Source of the DNA: Corynebacterium glutamicum ATCC 13032
GTDB lineage: Bacteria > Actinomycetota > Actinomycetes > Mycobacteriales > Mycobacteriaceae
Assembly: GCF_000011325.1 (NCBI RefSeq)
Contig: NC_003450.3
Span: 1,500,001-1,532,000, forward strand
DNA length: 32,000 bases
Direction: 5' to 3'
Shown here in pieces: positions 24,565 to 32,000 of this stretch. The notes beneath the pieces were generated by a model. The model was given only the letters and a program-made list of their open reading frames with translations. It ran no database searches and was not told the DNA's origin. Each line of letters begins with the position of its first letter. Positions within the stretch are counted from its first letter, which is position 1. The translations under genes were made by a program, and so were the position numbers.

Positions 24565-25458
24565 CTAAATACTAGCCTGTAGAGCTTGTTTAGTAATGGA
24601 GACAAGCCGGTCACGGATGGGTTTTGCTCGTTCAGACAGCTCGCGTTGTCTACTGACATATTCGGCTTTGCCCTCGGCGGTCTCAATGGGGACGTAGCCA
24701 AAGCCGTATCCGCGGACGTCGTAAGGCGAAGCCTCCATGTCCAAGATGCGGGTGTCGCGGGCTAGTTCAAACGCGTCCAAGAAAAGATCACCTGGCACAA
24801 GAGGGCCAAGCTTTGCGGACCATTTGTATAGATCCATCGTGGCATGCAGACAACCACATTGATCGTTGCGTGGCTGATCTTCGCGGGTTAACACCGTGAG
24901 GTTCAACGGGATGGCTGGTGTGGTGAAGAATCGGTAGGCATCAAAGTGGGTGCATTTGATGTTGTGGCTTTCCACCACACGGTCGGTTTCCGATGGGGTA
25001 AGGCGCAGGGGAAGGTCATGGCGGAGATCGTTTGATTTGTACACCATTGCCCATTCGTGCAGACCAAAACAATCAAATTGGGCGTGGTTGTCGCGGGTGG
25101 CGGACAACAGTTCGTGGATGTAGCGCACAGAGGACCCACGGCGTTGCATATAGGAGGCCAGGTCAAGCTGGACGCCGGCTGCGTGATGGAGGGAGGCGTC
25201 GACAAGCAAAAAATCGCGCATGGTGGCATGCGGCGGTGTGCCTTCTAGAAACACGCCGATGCCGGGGTGCCAGGTTTTTAGGTGCGCGACGCGCACGGGG
25301 TAGTACTCGAAGAGGAAGTCGAAGACGGGGTGCTTGATATGCGCTTGTCGACGCTTCAAGTGGTCTTTGGTGAATGAATCAGCCCGCGCGTGGTGGGCGC
25401 GGGCTAGTTCCATCCACTCATCCTCGCTCAATACGCGGAGGTGAAAAGTGTCCAACAC
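24565..25458 (-). CDS. Conserved hypothetical protein; homologues are, as I recall, sometimes auto-annotated as 3-methyladenine DNA glycosylase, and the function is unverified
   Basis: The ORF is intact and runs up to a TTG at 25497, which would overlap the upstream gene by 28 nt. The GTG at 25458 lies 11 nt after that gene's stop and is preferred. Conspicuous motifs are HPVFDFLFEYYP, CTHFDAYRFF and DQCGCLHATMDLYKW. Confidence 0.6.
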   Translation of the reverse strand: MLDTFHLRVLSEDEWMELARAHHARADSFTKDHLKRRQAHIKHPVFDFLFEYYPVRVAHLKTWHPGIGVFLEGTPPHATMRDFLLVDASLHHAAGVQLDLASYMQRRGSSVRYIHELLSATRDNHAQFDCFGLHEWAMVYKSNDLRHDLPLRLTPSETDRVVESHNIKCTHFDAYRFFTTPAIPLNLTVLTREDQPRNDQCGCLHATMDLYKWSAKLGPLVPGDLFLDAFELARDTRILDMEASPYDVRGYGFGYVPIETAEGKAEYVSRQRELSERAKPIRDRLVSITKQALQASI

Positions 25459-25469
25459 AGTTACTATTT

Positions 25470-26534
25470 CTAGTCGTCGGAGCTTTCGTGAGTCCAATCG
25501 TTGACGGTGCCCACGTATTCTTCGATGAGATCCTCCAGCGTAATCACGCCGAGAAGCTCACCTTTGAGGCGAACCTGAGCCATGTGCGCGGAGCGGTAGT
25601 GCATAAAATCCAAGACGTCATCCATGAGGCCGTCGGCATCCACATTGCTCAAAGGGCGCAGTGCAGAACGCGGAATGGTCTCGGAGGGATCCATCTCAGG
25701 ATCAGCCAGACGAGGCAAAATATCCTTGATGTGGATATAACCCAAGTAGGATCCATCGCGGCCGGTGACAGGGAAGCGGGAGAAACCGGTCTCGCGGACT
25801 GCTTCCTCCAACTGGTGCAAGGTCGGGCCAGATTTACCGAACGCCAGCGTGCGCACGTCCTCATCCTTAATCACCAGTTCCTTGATGGAACGCTGCTCAG
25901 AGCGCAGCGCCTTGGACAGGCGGGCGTGCTCTTCAGCATCAAGGAGGCCTTCGGAACGGGACTCGGAAATCATTGATGCCAGCTGCTCTGGGTCCACGGT
26001 GGAATCCAGCTCGTTTTTTTGCTCCACACCAAAGGCGCGAAGGGTCAGACGGGCGATCCAGTTCATGAACTCGATCAACGGGCGGGTAATCTTCACAAAC
26101 GCAATGAGCACTGGAGCAAGCCACATGCCTAAGGTTTCAGGGCCAGCAATAGCGATGTTCTTTGGCACCATTTCACCAAAGAGAATGTGCAACCAGGTGA
26201 TGATCGCCAGTGCGATGACGAAGGAAATTGGGTGGATCAAATCATTTGGAACACCCCAGGAGGTGAAAGGCACCTCAATGAAGTGGGCGATCGCAGGTTC
26301 TGCGACTTTACCCAGAATCAGAGAACAGACCGTAATACCGAACTGAGCGCCCGCCAACATGATGGAGAGGTGCTCGGTTGCGTAGAGAACCTTTTCAGCT
26401 CCCTTTTTACCCTGGGATACCAGGGAATCCAGGCGGTCCCGGCGCGAGGAAATCAGTGCGAACTCCGCGGCCACGAAGAAGGCGTTGGCGGAAAGAAGGA
26501 CGATAATTAGAAGGACAGTTGCCCAAATACTCAC
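25470..26534 (-). CDS. CNNM/CorC-family membrane protein (DUF21 + CBS pair, no CorC_HlyC domain)
   Basis: 354 aa with a DUF21 N-terminal TM domain (FFVAAEFALISSRRDRL) and two CBS motifs. The start overlaps the upstream stop by 4 nt. Confidence 0.88.
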   Translation of the reverse strand: MSIWATVLLIIVLLSANAFFVAAEFALISSRRDRLDSLVSQGKKGAEKVLYATEHLSIMLAGAQFGITVCSLILGKVAEPAIAHFIEVPFTSWGVPNDLIHPISFVIALAIITWLHILFGEMVPKNIAIAGPETLGMWLAPVLIAFVKITRPLIEFMNWIARLTLRAFGVEQKNELDSTVDPEQLASMISESRSEGLLDAEEHARLSKALRSEQRSIKELVIKDEDVRTLAFGKSGPTLHQLEEAVRETGFSRFPVTGRDGSYLGYIHIKDILPRLADPEMDPSETIPRSALRPLSNVDADGLMDDVLDFMHYRSAHMAQVRLKGELLGVITLEDLIEEYVGTVNDWTHESSDD

Positions 26535-27913
26535 TTTTCGTACTCCTTTGCTTCTTCATGGGTGATGGGGGTGAGAACGGCTTTGTCGATGCGTCGATCT
26601 TCCATGACCGTTACTCGTGCGATCCAGCGTCCGGAGAAGCCGGATTCGAATTCATCCATGGTTGGGGTATCGGTCAGTGGGAGTAGGGCGACATCGCCGA
26701 CGCGAGGAATGGCGCCGACTGTGTACATGATCAAGCCGCCGAGGGTTTCGTAGGGGCCGTCAGGGGAGACGTACCCGACGCGTTTTTCGAGTTCATCGAT
26801 GCGGACCAGGCCGGAGACTTCCCAGCTGGCGCCGAATTGTTGGAAATCGCGTTCGGCGTCGGAGTCGTCGTGCTCATCGTGGATTTCGCCGAGGATTTCC
26901 TCCACGACGTCTTCGATGGTGACCATGCCTGCGGTTCCGCCGTATTCATCGGCAACCAAAATAACTTGGGAGCCGGCGGAGCGGACAGCGTTGAGGACAG
27001 AGTCGCCGTCAAGGCTGGCTGGTACCACAGGAATTTTGCGGGCTAGATCGCGCACCATGGTGGTGGCGCGTTCTGCCTGCACTACAGAGAATGCGTCCTT
27101 GATGTGGACCATGCCGATGGTTTCATCCAAGTCGCCTTCGGTGACTGGGAAGCGGGAGTGACCCGTTTCCAGGGCAAGCTCGATCAAATCATTGACGGTG
27201 TCTGTGGCACGCAATGATTCAATGGTGGAGCGAGGTGTCATGAATTCATCAGCGGTGGCGTCACCGAACTGCAGGGATCGGTTGATCACCGCTGCGGTGT
27301 TTTGATCCAGTCCGCCGCTTTCCGCGGAGCTGCGTACCAAGGCGGTGAGCTCTTGGGAGGAACGGGCAGAGGCAAGCTCTTCGGCTGGTTCAATACCAAG
27401 TTTGCGGACAATAAAGTTTGCAGACTTGTTCATGCCGTTAATAAACGGCTTGAGAACCATGTTGAACCAATTGACAGGGTGGACAACAAAACGTGCCACG
27501 CCCAACGGGTTGGTGATCGCCCAGTTTTTGGGAACCAACTCACCAAAAACCATGGAGAGGGTAGTTGCCACCAACAGTGCGATGATGAGGGCTACTGCGG
27601 AGCTTGCTGATTCATTTAATCCCACCAGCTCAAGTGCTGGGGTGAAGAATTTGGCCAAAACCGGCTCTGCGAGGAAGCCTGTGGCAAGTGTCGTGATCGT
27701 GATGCCCAGCTGGGCACCAGAGAGCACGAACGACAGATTTTGATGATCCCTCTGCACTGCGCGGGCGCTGCTGTCGCCTTTTTGCTTCACATGTGTTTCT
27801 ACAGTGGATTTTTCTAAGCCGGTGAGTGCGAACTCAATGGCCACGAATAGTCCGGTGCTCGCGGTAAGAAGCACGAAGCCTAGCAGTGAGAGGATGCTTA
27901 TGAGTATGTCCAT
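26531..27913 (-). CDS. CNNM/CorC-family membrane protein (DUF21 + CBS pair + CorC_HlyC C-terminal domain)
   Basis: 460 aa: a DUF21 TM domain, a CBS pair, and a C-terminal CorC_HlyC-like domain (WEVSGLVRIDELEKRVG...RWIARVTVMEDRRIDKAVLTP). Confidence 0.9.
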   Translation of the reverse strand: MDILISILSLLGFVLLTASTGLFVAIEFALTGLEKSTVETHVKQKGDSSARAVQRDHQNLSFVLSGAQLGITITTLATGFLAEPVLAKFFTPALELVGLNESASSAVALIIALLVATTLSMVFGELVPKNWAITNPLGVARFVVHPVNWFNMVLKPFINGMNKSANFIVRKLGIEPAEELASARSSQELTALVRSSAESGGLDQNTAAVINRSLQFGDATADEFMTPRSTIESLRATDTVNDLIELALETGHSRFPVTEGDLDETIGMVHIKDAFSVVQAERATTMVRDLARKIPVVPASLDGDSVLNAVRSAGSQVILVADEYGGTAGMVTIEDVVEEILGEIHDEHDDSDAERDFQQFGASWEVSGLVRIDELEKRVGYVSPDGPYETLGGLIMYTVGAIPRVGDVALLPLTDTPTMDEFESGFSGRWIARVTVMEDRRIDKAVLTPITHEEAKEYEK

Positions 27914-27983
27914 TAGCGTGGTTTAAGCTGTTGCCCTTAGAAGCGGTGAAAGCCTGTTCAGCTTCGCGTGCCGTGGGGGAGTT

Positions 27984-29330
27984 TTAGCTCTTGGGACCGT
28001 CTTTCCTTGAAGTCTGACGCCTCGGGTTGGAGCGGCCCGTTGATCTGGATCCGCTTTGTCCGCGCCTGCGTGGATTCCGGCTGGAACCTCTGGAATCAGA
28101 ACGATTATGGGTATTTTTTTGTTCCCGCTTTGGCTGCTGCTGTCCAGGTGCTGGAAGAGCAACGCCTGACGGGCGTCGTGCACCAGTAATTTTAGCCAAT
28201 TCAGGTGAGTTTTCGTTGACTTTTACCTCAGCGGCTGTCACGCCTGCTTTTTGGAAAAGTTCACGGACTTCCTTGATTTGTTCGTCCATTACTAGAGTCA
28301 CAACTGTACCGGAAGTTCCGGCTCGTGCAGTACGACCAGCGCGGTGCAAATACGCTTTGTGTTCTGCTGGGGGATCAACGTGCACAACAAGCGAGACGTC
28401 ATCCACGTCAATGCCACGGGCGGCGATATCGGTGGCCACCAAGACGGGGATTGATCCATCGGCGAAACCAGCCAAAGCGTTGGTGCGGGTGGACTGACCT
28501 TTATCGCCGTGAATACCCACTGCGTTGACACCCACGCGGCGCAGTTTCTTCACCTGTCGATCCACACCGTGCTTGGTGCGCATGAACATGATGGTTTTGC
28601 CTTCACGTGCAGCGATGCTCAAGACAACGGAATTGCGAGGATCGCGTCCGCCAACCAGAAGTCGGTAGTGTTCCATGGTGTCCACTGCTGCCTGAACAGG
28701 AGCGGTGGAGTGTGTGATGGGGTTGTGGAGGTAGCGATCGACCAATTTGCTCACATCGCCGTCCAACGTTGCCGAAAACAGCAGACGTTGACCATTTTTA
28801 GGGGTTAGGTCCATGAGCTTTTTTACCTGTGGCAAAAAGCCCATGTCGGCCATCTGATCGGCTTCATCCAACGCTGTCACGGAAACATCAGCGAGGGAGA
28901 GCTTCTTCTGGTTGATCAAATCTTGGGCGCGGCCAGGGGTGGCAACCAAGATATCCACTGGTGTGGCAAGTGCGGTGATGTTGCGGTTGATGTTGACGCC
29001 ACCGACCACCTCGAGGACGCGCAGACCCATAACGCGGGCGGGATCGTCGAGGCGTTCACGCACCTGAGCTGCTAGTTCACGGGTGGGAACCAGGACAAGC
29101 CCGCGGGGGCGACCTGGTTTGGAGGCGCCCGAGCGCGCGAGTCGGGTGATCATGGGAAGCCCAAAGGTGAAGGTTTTACCAGAGCCGGTGGGTCCACGGC
29201 CGAGGACATCTTTGCCAGCGAGCGCATCGGGGATGGCTGCTTCTTGGATGGGGAATGCCTCGGTGATTCCCTGACTGCGAAGTTCGCGCACAATCTCGTC
29301 GGGAAGCTTGAGTTCTAGAAAGGTAGTCAT
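27984..29330 (-). CDS. DEAD-box ATP-dependent RNA helicase with an Arg/Ser/Gly-rich basic C-terminal tail
   Basis: Q motif FPIQ, motif I GPTGSGKT, motif II DEAD, SAT, and motif VI HRAGRTAR are all present. The last ~70 aa are RS/RG-rich. Confidence 0.93.
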   Translation of the reverse strand: MTTFLELKLPDEIVRELRSQGITEAFPIQEAAIPDALAGKDVLGRGPTGSGKTFTFGLPMITRLARSGASKPGRPRGLVLVPTRELAAQVRERLDDPARVMGLRVLEVVGGVNINRNITALATPVDILVATPGRAQDLINQKKLSLADVSVTALDEADQMADMGFLPQVKKLMDLTPKNGQRLLFSATLDGDVSKLVDRYLHNPITHSTAPVQAAVDTMEHYRLLVGGRDPRNSVVLSIAAREGKTIMFMRTKHGVDRQVKKLRRVGVNAVGIHGDKGQSTRTNALAGFADGSIPVLVATDIAARGIDVDDVSLVVHVDPPAEHKAYLHRAGRTARAGTSGTVVTLVMDEQIKEVRELFQKAGVTAAEVKVNENSPELAKITGARRPSGVALPAPGQQQPKREQKNTHNRSDSRGSSRNPRRRGQSGSRSTGRSNPRRQTSRKDGPKS

Positions 29331-29427
29331 TGCCCACTAACTCTAGTCGGTGCTGGTTGAAAAGTGATCATGGGAACTTTTAATCGCTGAGCTAGTGCTT
29401 TTGCGACACACCTCTTGCGAATGTTGA

Positions 29428-29446
29428 TTAGGTTAGGCAAGCCATA
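29428..29446. promoter_or_regulatory. DtxR-like iron box TTAGGTTAGGCAAGCCATA
   Basis: 15 of 19 positions match the corynebacterial DtxR consensus TTAGGTTAGGCTAACCTAA as I remember it, and the left half is perfect. The site ends 39 nt upstream of the ATG of the siderophore-interacting protein gene. Confidence 0.6.
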
Positions 29447-29485
29447 TTTACAGGGTGTTGTGAAAGCATAAGGGAGCAAGGAAAC

Positions 29486-30223
29486 ATGGGCAAGGGATTT
29501 ACCGGCGCTATTTTGACCGTCATGGGCGTGAAATCGCATATCGCCACCACCACGGGAAAAACCGTGATCAATGACCGCATGGTGACCATTCATTTTCATT
29601 CCGAGACGCTGCTCAACACGGAAGGTGAAGTCCCCGGCGATTGGCTGCGTCTGTGGTTCCCGCACGAGAGCCGACCTGGAAAGCTCTACCAACGCGCCTA
29701 CACCTTGACCAACGTGGATGCCGATGCCGGTACCTTTGACCTGGCTTTTGTGCTGCACGAGCCGCTGGGGCCCGCCTCGGCGTGGGCGACGCGCTGCGAG
29801 GCCGGGGAAAGCCTGGAAGTCATGCGCTACCCAGGAATTCCGTTCGCCATCCCAGATCCAGCGCCGCGTGGCTTCCTTTTCTTAGGCGATCTCACCTCTT
29901 ACCCAGCGATCTGCTCGATTCTGGAGACCTTGGACGGTGAAATCCCTGCGACCGCGTATCTTATCGCCCACGATCCACTTGATTACACCTTCGATTTTCC
30001 CCAGGGCGAGCACATCACCGCGCAGTGGATTTCCAACGAACAATCCTTCATTGATCACATCGCTGACACGGATTACACCGATTTTTATACCTGGATCGGC
30101 GCGGAATCCTCCGAAACCCGTGCGGCCAAGAAGCATCTGCAGACCCACGCCGGCATGCCCAAGACGCACATGAACGCGCAAGGTTATTGGAACAAGGGCA
30201 GAGCCATGGGTAAAAGCAATTAA
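29486..30223 (+). CDS. Siderophore-interacting protein (ViuB/SIP family FAD-binding ferric-siderophore reductase)
   Basis: 245 aa with RAYTL (the RxYT FAD motif) in the N-terminal beta-barrel and a C-terminal SIP domain (YTWIGAESSETRAAKKHL). AAGGAAA SD. Confidence 0.85.
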   Translation: MGKGFTGAILTVMGVKSHIATTTGKTVINDRMVTIHFHSETLLNTEGEVPGDWLRLWFPHESRPGKLYQRAYTLTNVDADAGTFDLAFVLHEPLGPASAWATRCEAGESLEVMRYPGIPFAIPDPAPRGFLFLGDLTSYPAICSILETLDGEIPATAYLIAHDPLDYTFDFPQGEHITAQWISNEQSFIDHIADTDYTDFYTWIGAESSETRAAKKHLQTHAGMPKTHMNAQGYWNKGRAMGKSN

Positions 30224-30274
30224 AAGATTTTTGCTTATCGACGCCCACCTCCGGCGAATCCCTGGCAGCACGCG

Positions 30275-30313
30275 AAAAACCCCTCACAATCTAAGGTGAC
30301 TGTGAGGGGTTTT
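30275..30313. terminator. Bidirectional intrinsic terminator between the SIP gene and gnd
   Basis: 13-bp perfect stem: aaaacccctcaca pairs with tgtgaggggtttt around a 12-nt loop. A and T tracts provide U-runs in both directions. Confidence 0.85.
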
Positions 30314-30337
30314 GGCGTTGTGTTAAAAGGAGAGCCT

Positions 30338-31816
30338 TTAAGCTTCAACCTCGGAGCGGTCGCCGGACCACTCGGTGTGGAAGGAGCCATCCTTGTCGAT
30401 GCGCTTGTAGGTGTGCGCACCGAAGAAGTCGCGCTGTCCTTGGATCAGGGCTGCTGGCAGACGCTCTGCACGCAGGCTGTCGTAGTAGGACAGGGAGGAA
30501 GCGAACACTGGGATTGGCAGGCCAAGCTGGGTGGCGGTGACAATCACGCGACGCCATGAATCGATGAGGTCGCCGAGCTCGCTCTTGAAGTAAGGATCGA
30601 GCAGCAGGGACTCAAGTTCAGCGTTTGCATCGTATGCTTCGACGATGCGGTTGAGGAACTTAGCGCGAATGATGCAGCCGCCGCGCCAGATGGTAGCGAG
30701 GTCGCGAGGGTCAACGTCCCAGTTGTTCTCGTCGGAGCCAGCCTTGATCTCGTCGAAGCCCTGTGCGTAAGCAACAAGCTTGGATGCGTACAGTGCACGG
30801 CGAACGTCTTCGACGAACTGTGCCTTGTCCACGCCAAGTGCTTCCAGATCGGTGAGGACACCTGCAGGTAGGTTGCCCTGTGCTGCAGCGCGCTGGCTGG
30901 TTGCGCCGGAGAGTGCACGTGCGAAAACAGCTTCGCCGATGCCGGTGGTAGCAATACCCAGATCAAGAGCAGCCTTGACGGTCCAACGTCCGGTGCCCTT
31001 CTGACCTGCAGCGTCAACGATGACGTCGATTAGTGGCTTGCCGGTTTCAGCATCCACCTGGGAGAGAACCTCTGCGGTGATTTCGATGAGGTAGGAATCC
31101 AGGTCGCCTGCGTTCCATTCCTTGAAAACCTCAGCGATTTCAGCTGGCTGCATGCCTGCTGCGTAGCGGAGAAGGTGGTATGCCTCGCCGATGACCTGCA
31201 TGTCGGCGTACTCGATGCCGTTGTGGACCATCTTGACGAAGTGGCCGGCGCCGTCTGGGCCGATGTGGGTGACACATGGGGTGCCGTCAACGTTGGCAGC
31301 GATGGACTCAAGCAGTGGTCCGAGGGACTCGTAGGACTTTGCTGGGCCACCAGGCATGATGGATGGGCCGTTGAGTGCGCCTTCTTCGCCGCCGGAGATA
31401 CCAGCACCGACGAAGTGGAGACCGCGTGCGGAGATTTCCTTCTCGCGACGAATGGTGTCGGTGTAGAGGGCGTTGCCGCCGTCGATGATGATGTCGCCTT
31501 CGTCCATGGCATCTGCCAGCTGGTTGATGACTGCGTCGGTGGCGTTACCAGCCTGAACCATGATGATGGCGCGGCGTGGCTTTTCCAGGGATGCTACGAA
31601 CTCTTCGACGGTTGCAGAAGGGATGAAGTTGCCTTCGGAGCCGTGATCGGCGATGAGCTTGTCGGTTTTGTCAGTGCTGCGGTTGTAGACAGCGACAGTG
31701 TTGCCGTTGCGGGCGAAGTTGCGGGCGAGGTTTGAGCCCATTACTGCTAGGCCTACAACGCCGATCTGTGCGAGATTATCTCCATTAGTCATGTTATTGA
31801 TCGTACTTGACGGCAT
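30338..31816 (-). CDS. gnd: 6-phosphogluconate dehydrogenase, decarboxylating
   Basis: 492 aa with the Rossmann motif GVVGLAVMGSNLA and the 6PGD signature region GHFVKMVHNGIEYADMQ. With the start at 31816, residue 361 is Ser, which agrees with the S361 numbering I recall for C. glutamicum Gnd. Confidence 0.95.
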   Translation of the reverse strand: MPSSTINNMTNGDNLAQIGVVGLAVMGSNLARNFARNGNTVAVYNRSTDKTDKLIADHGSEGNFIPSATVEEFVASLEKPRRAIIMVQAGNATDAVINQLADAMDEGDIIIDGGNALYTDTIRREKEISARGLHFVGAGISGGEEGALNGPSIMPGGPAKSYESLGPLLESIAANVDGTPCVTHIGPDGAGHFVKMVHNGIEYADMQVIGEAYHLLRYAAGMQPAEIAEVFKEWNAGDLDSYLIEITAEVLSQVDAETGKPLIDVIVDAAGQKGTGRWTVKAALDLGIATTGIGEAVFARALSGATSQRAAAQGNLPAGVLTDLEALGVDKAQFVEDVRRALYASKLVAYAQGFDEIKAGSDENNWDVDPRDLATIWRGGCIIRAKFLNRIVEAYDANAELESLLLDPYFKSELGDLIDSWRRVIVTATQLGLPIPVFASSLSYYDSLRAERLPAALIQGQRDFFGAHTYKRIDKDGSFHTEWSGDRSEVEA

Positions 31817-31932
31817 AGCCCGGTGTCAGCAAAATCGGCCTAAAAGGTGTGACCATTTGGGGGTAGTGGCGATTTTACCAGGTCACAGGAGGTGAAAATC
31901 CAACCATTTTAGGCCGACTAGAGTAATTAATT

Positions 31933-32000
31933 ATGACTTCCCGCGATGATCAACCCCAAGATCTGCTTTCGCTTGCAGAACTTGCCGCCACCAGAGCTTT
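31933..32000 (+). CDS. Possible 5' end of a divergent gene (MTSRDDQPQDLLSLAELAATRA...), truncated by the window edge
   Basis: An ATG at 31933 opens a frame that stays open to the end of the window. Only 22 codons are visible and I cannot assign a family. Confidence 0.3.
   Translation, partial: MTSRDDQPQDLLSLAELAATRA

Noticed and set aside
23896-24582. 228-aa plus-strand ORF, plus several shorter ones, opposite the vWA gene
   Set aside because: They are antisense frames of an Ala/Ser/Thr-rich gene and stay open by composition. They have no start context and cross the intergenic gap.
25374-26346. Two plus-strand ORFs (200 and 193 aa) opposite the CBS-domain genes
   Set aside because: They are antisense to CDSs with clear DUF21/CBS architecture and have no independent support.
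29327-29758. 143-aa minus-strand ORF covering the helicase/SIP intergenic region
   Set aside because: It overlaps the SIP coding start on the opposite strand and includes the iron box and promoter region. Its sequence is not protein-like.
1-32000. Scan for CRISPR arrays, IS elements, rRNA, and toxin-antitoxin or defence-system hallmarks
   Set aside because: I found no regularly spaced repeats, no transposase or recombinase ORFs, no long terminal inverted repeats and no rRNA-like sequence. Composition and gene content are those of a conserved core chromosome.

Overview
The window looks like core chromosome of Corynebacterium glutamicum or a very close relative. I base this on memory of the OdhI N-terminus MSDNNGTPEPQVETTSVFRADL, of Gnd with Ser at position 361, and of the MntR box upstream of the ZIP transporter; none of this was checked against a database. 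Gene density is high and most of it is housekeeping. In order: scpA (5'-truncated), an antisense GNAT gene, a tandem-rhodanese sulfurtransferase, scpB, and a translationally coupled rluB-cmk-der operon. Next is a minus-strand trio (SAM methyltransferase, GyrI-like protein, pentapeptide-repeat protein) that diverges from a heterodimeric ABC exporter pair. Then come a ZIP metal transporter, a convergent Na+/H+ antiporter, a ~440-bp non-coding spacer, a 62-aa orphan ORF, tRNA-Pro(GGG), a YchJ-like SEC-C protein and an alpha/beta-hydrolase-OsmC fusion. After those are secA2, the conserved actinobacterial module odhI-ftsR-DUF151 nuclease-MerR, and a DUF1707 membrane protein. A minus-strand run of two CNNM/CorC-type CBS proteins, an uncharacterised 300-aa protein and a membrane-anchored vWA protein follows, then a DEAD-box helicase, a siderophore-interacting protein and gnd. 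I saw no transposase, integrase, CRISPR array, rRNA or recognisable defence-system genes, so I cannot honestly nominate a clear novel system. The best leads are: (i) the pentapeptide/GyrI-like/methyltransferase cluster facing an extremely asymmetric ABC exporter, with two perfect palindromes in the shared promoter region and a hairpin that sequesters the SD-like sequence before the pentapeptide gene; (ii) the unexplained non-coding region and orphan ORF at the 3' side of tRNA-Pro; (iii) the uncharacterised protein sitting between the CBS transporter pair and the vWA protein. Two metalloregulator operators (MntR, DtxR-like) and several intrinsic terminators are readable directly. All homology statements are motif recognition by eye, not searches.
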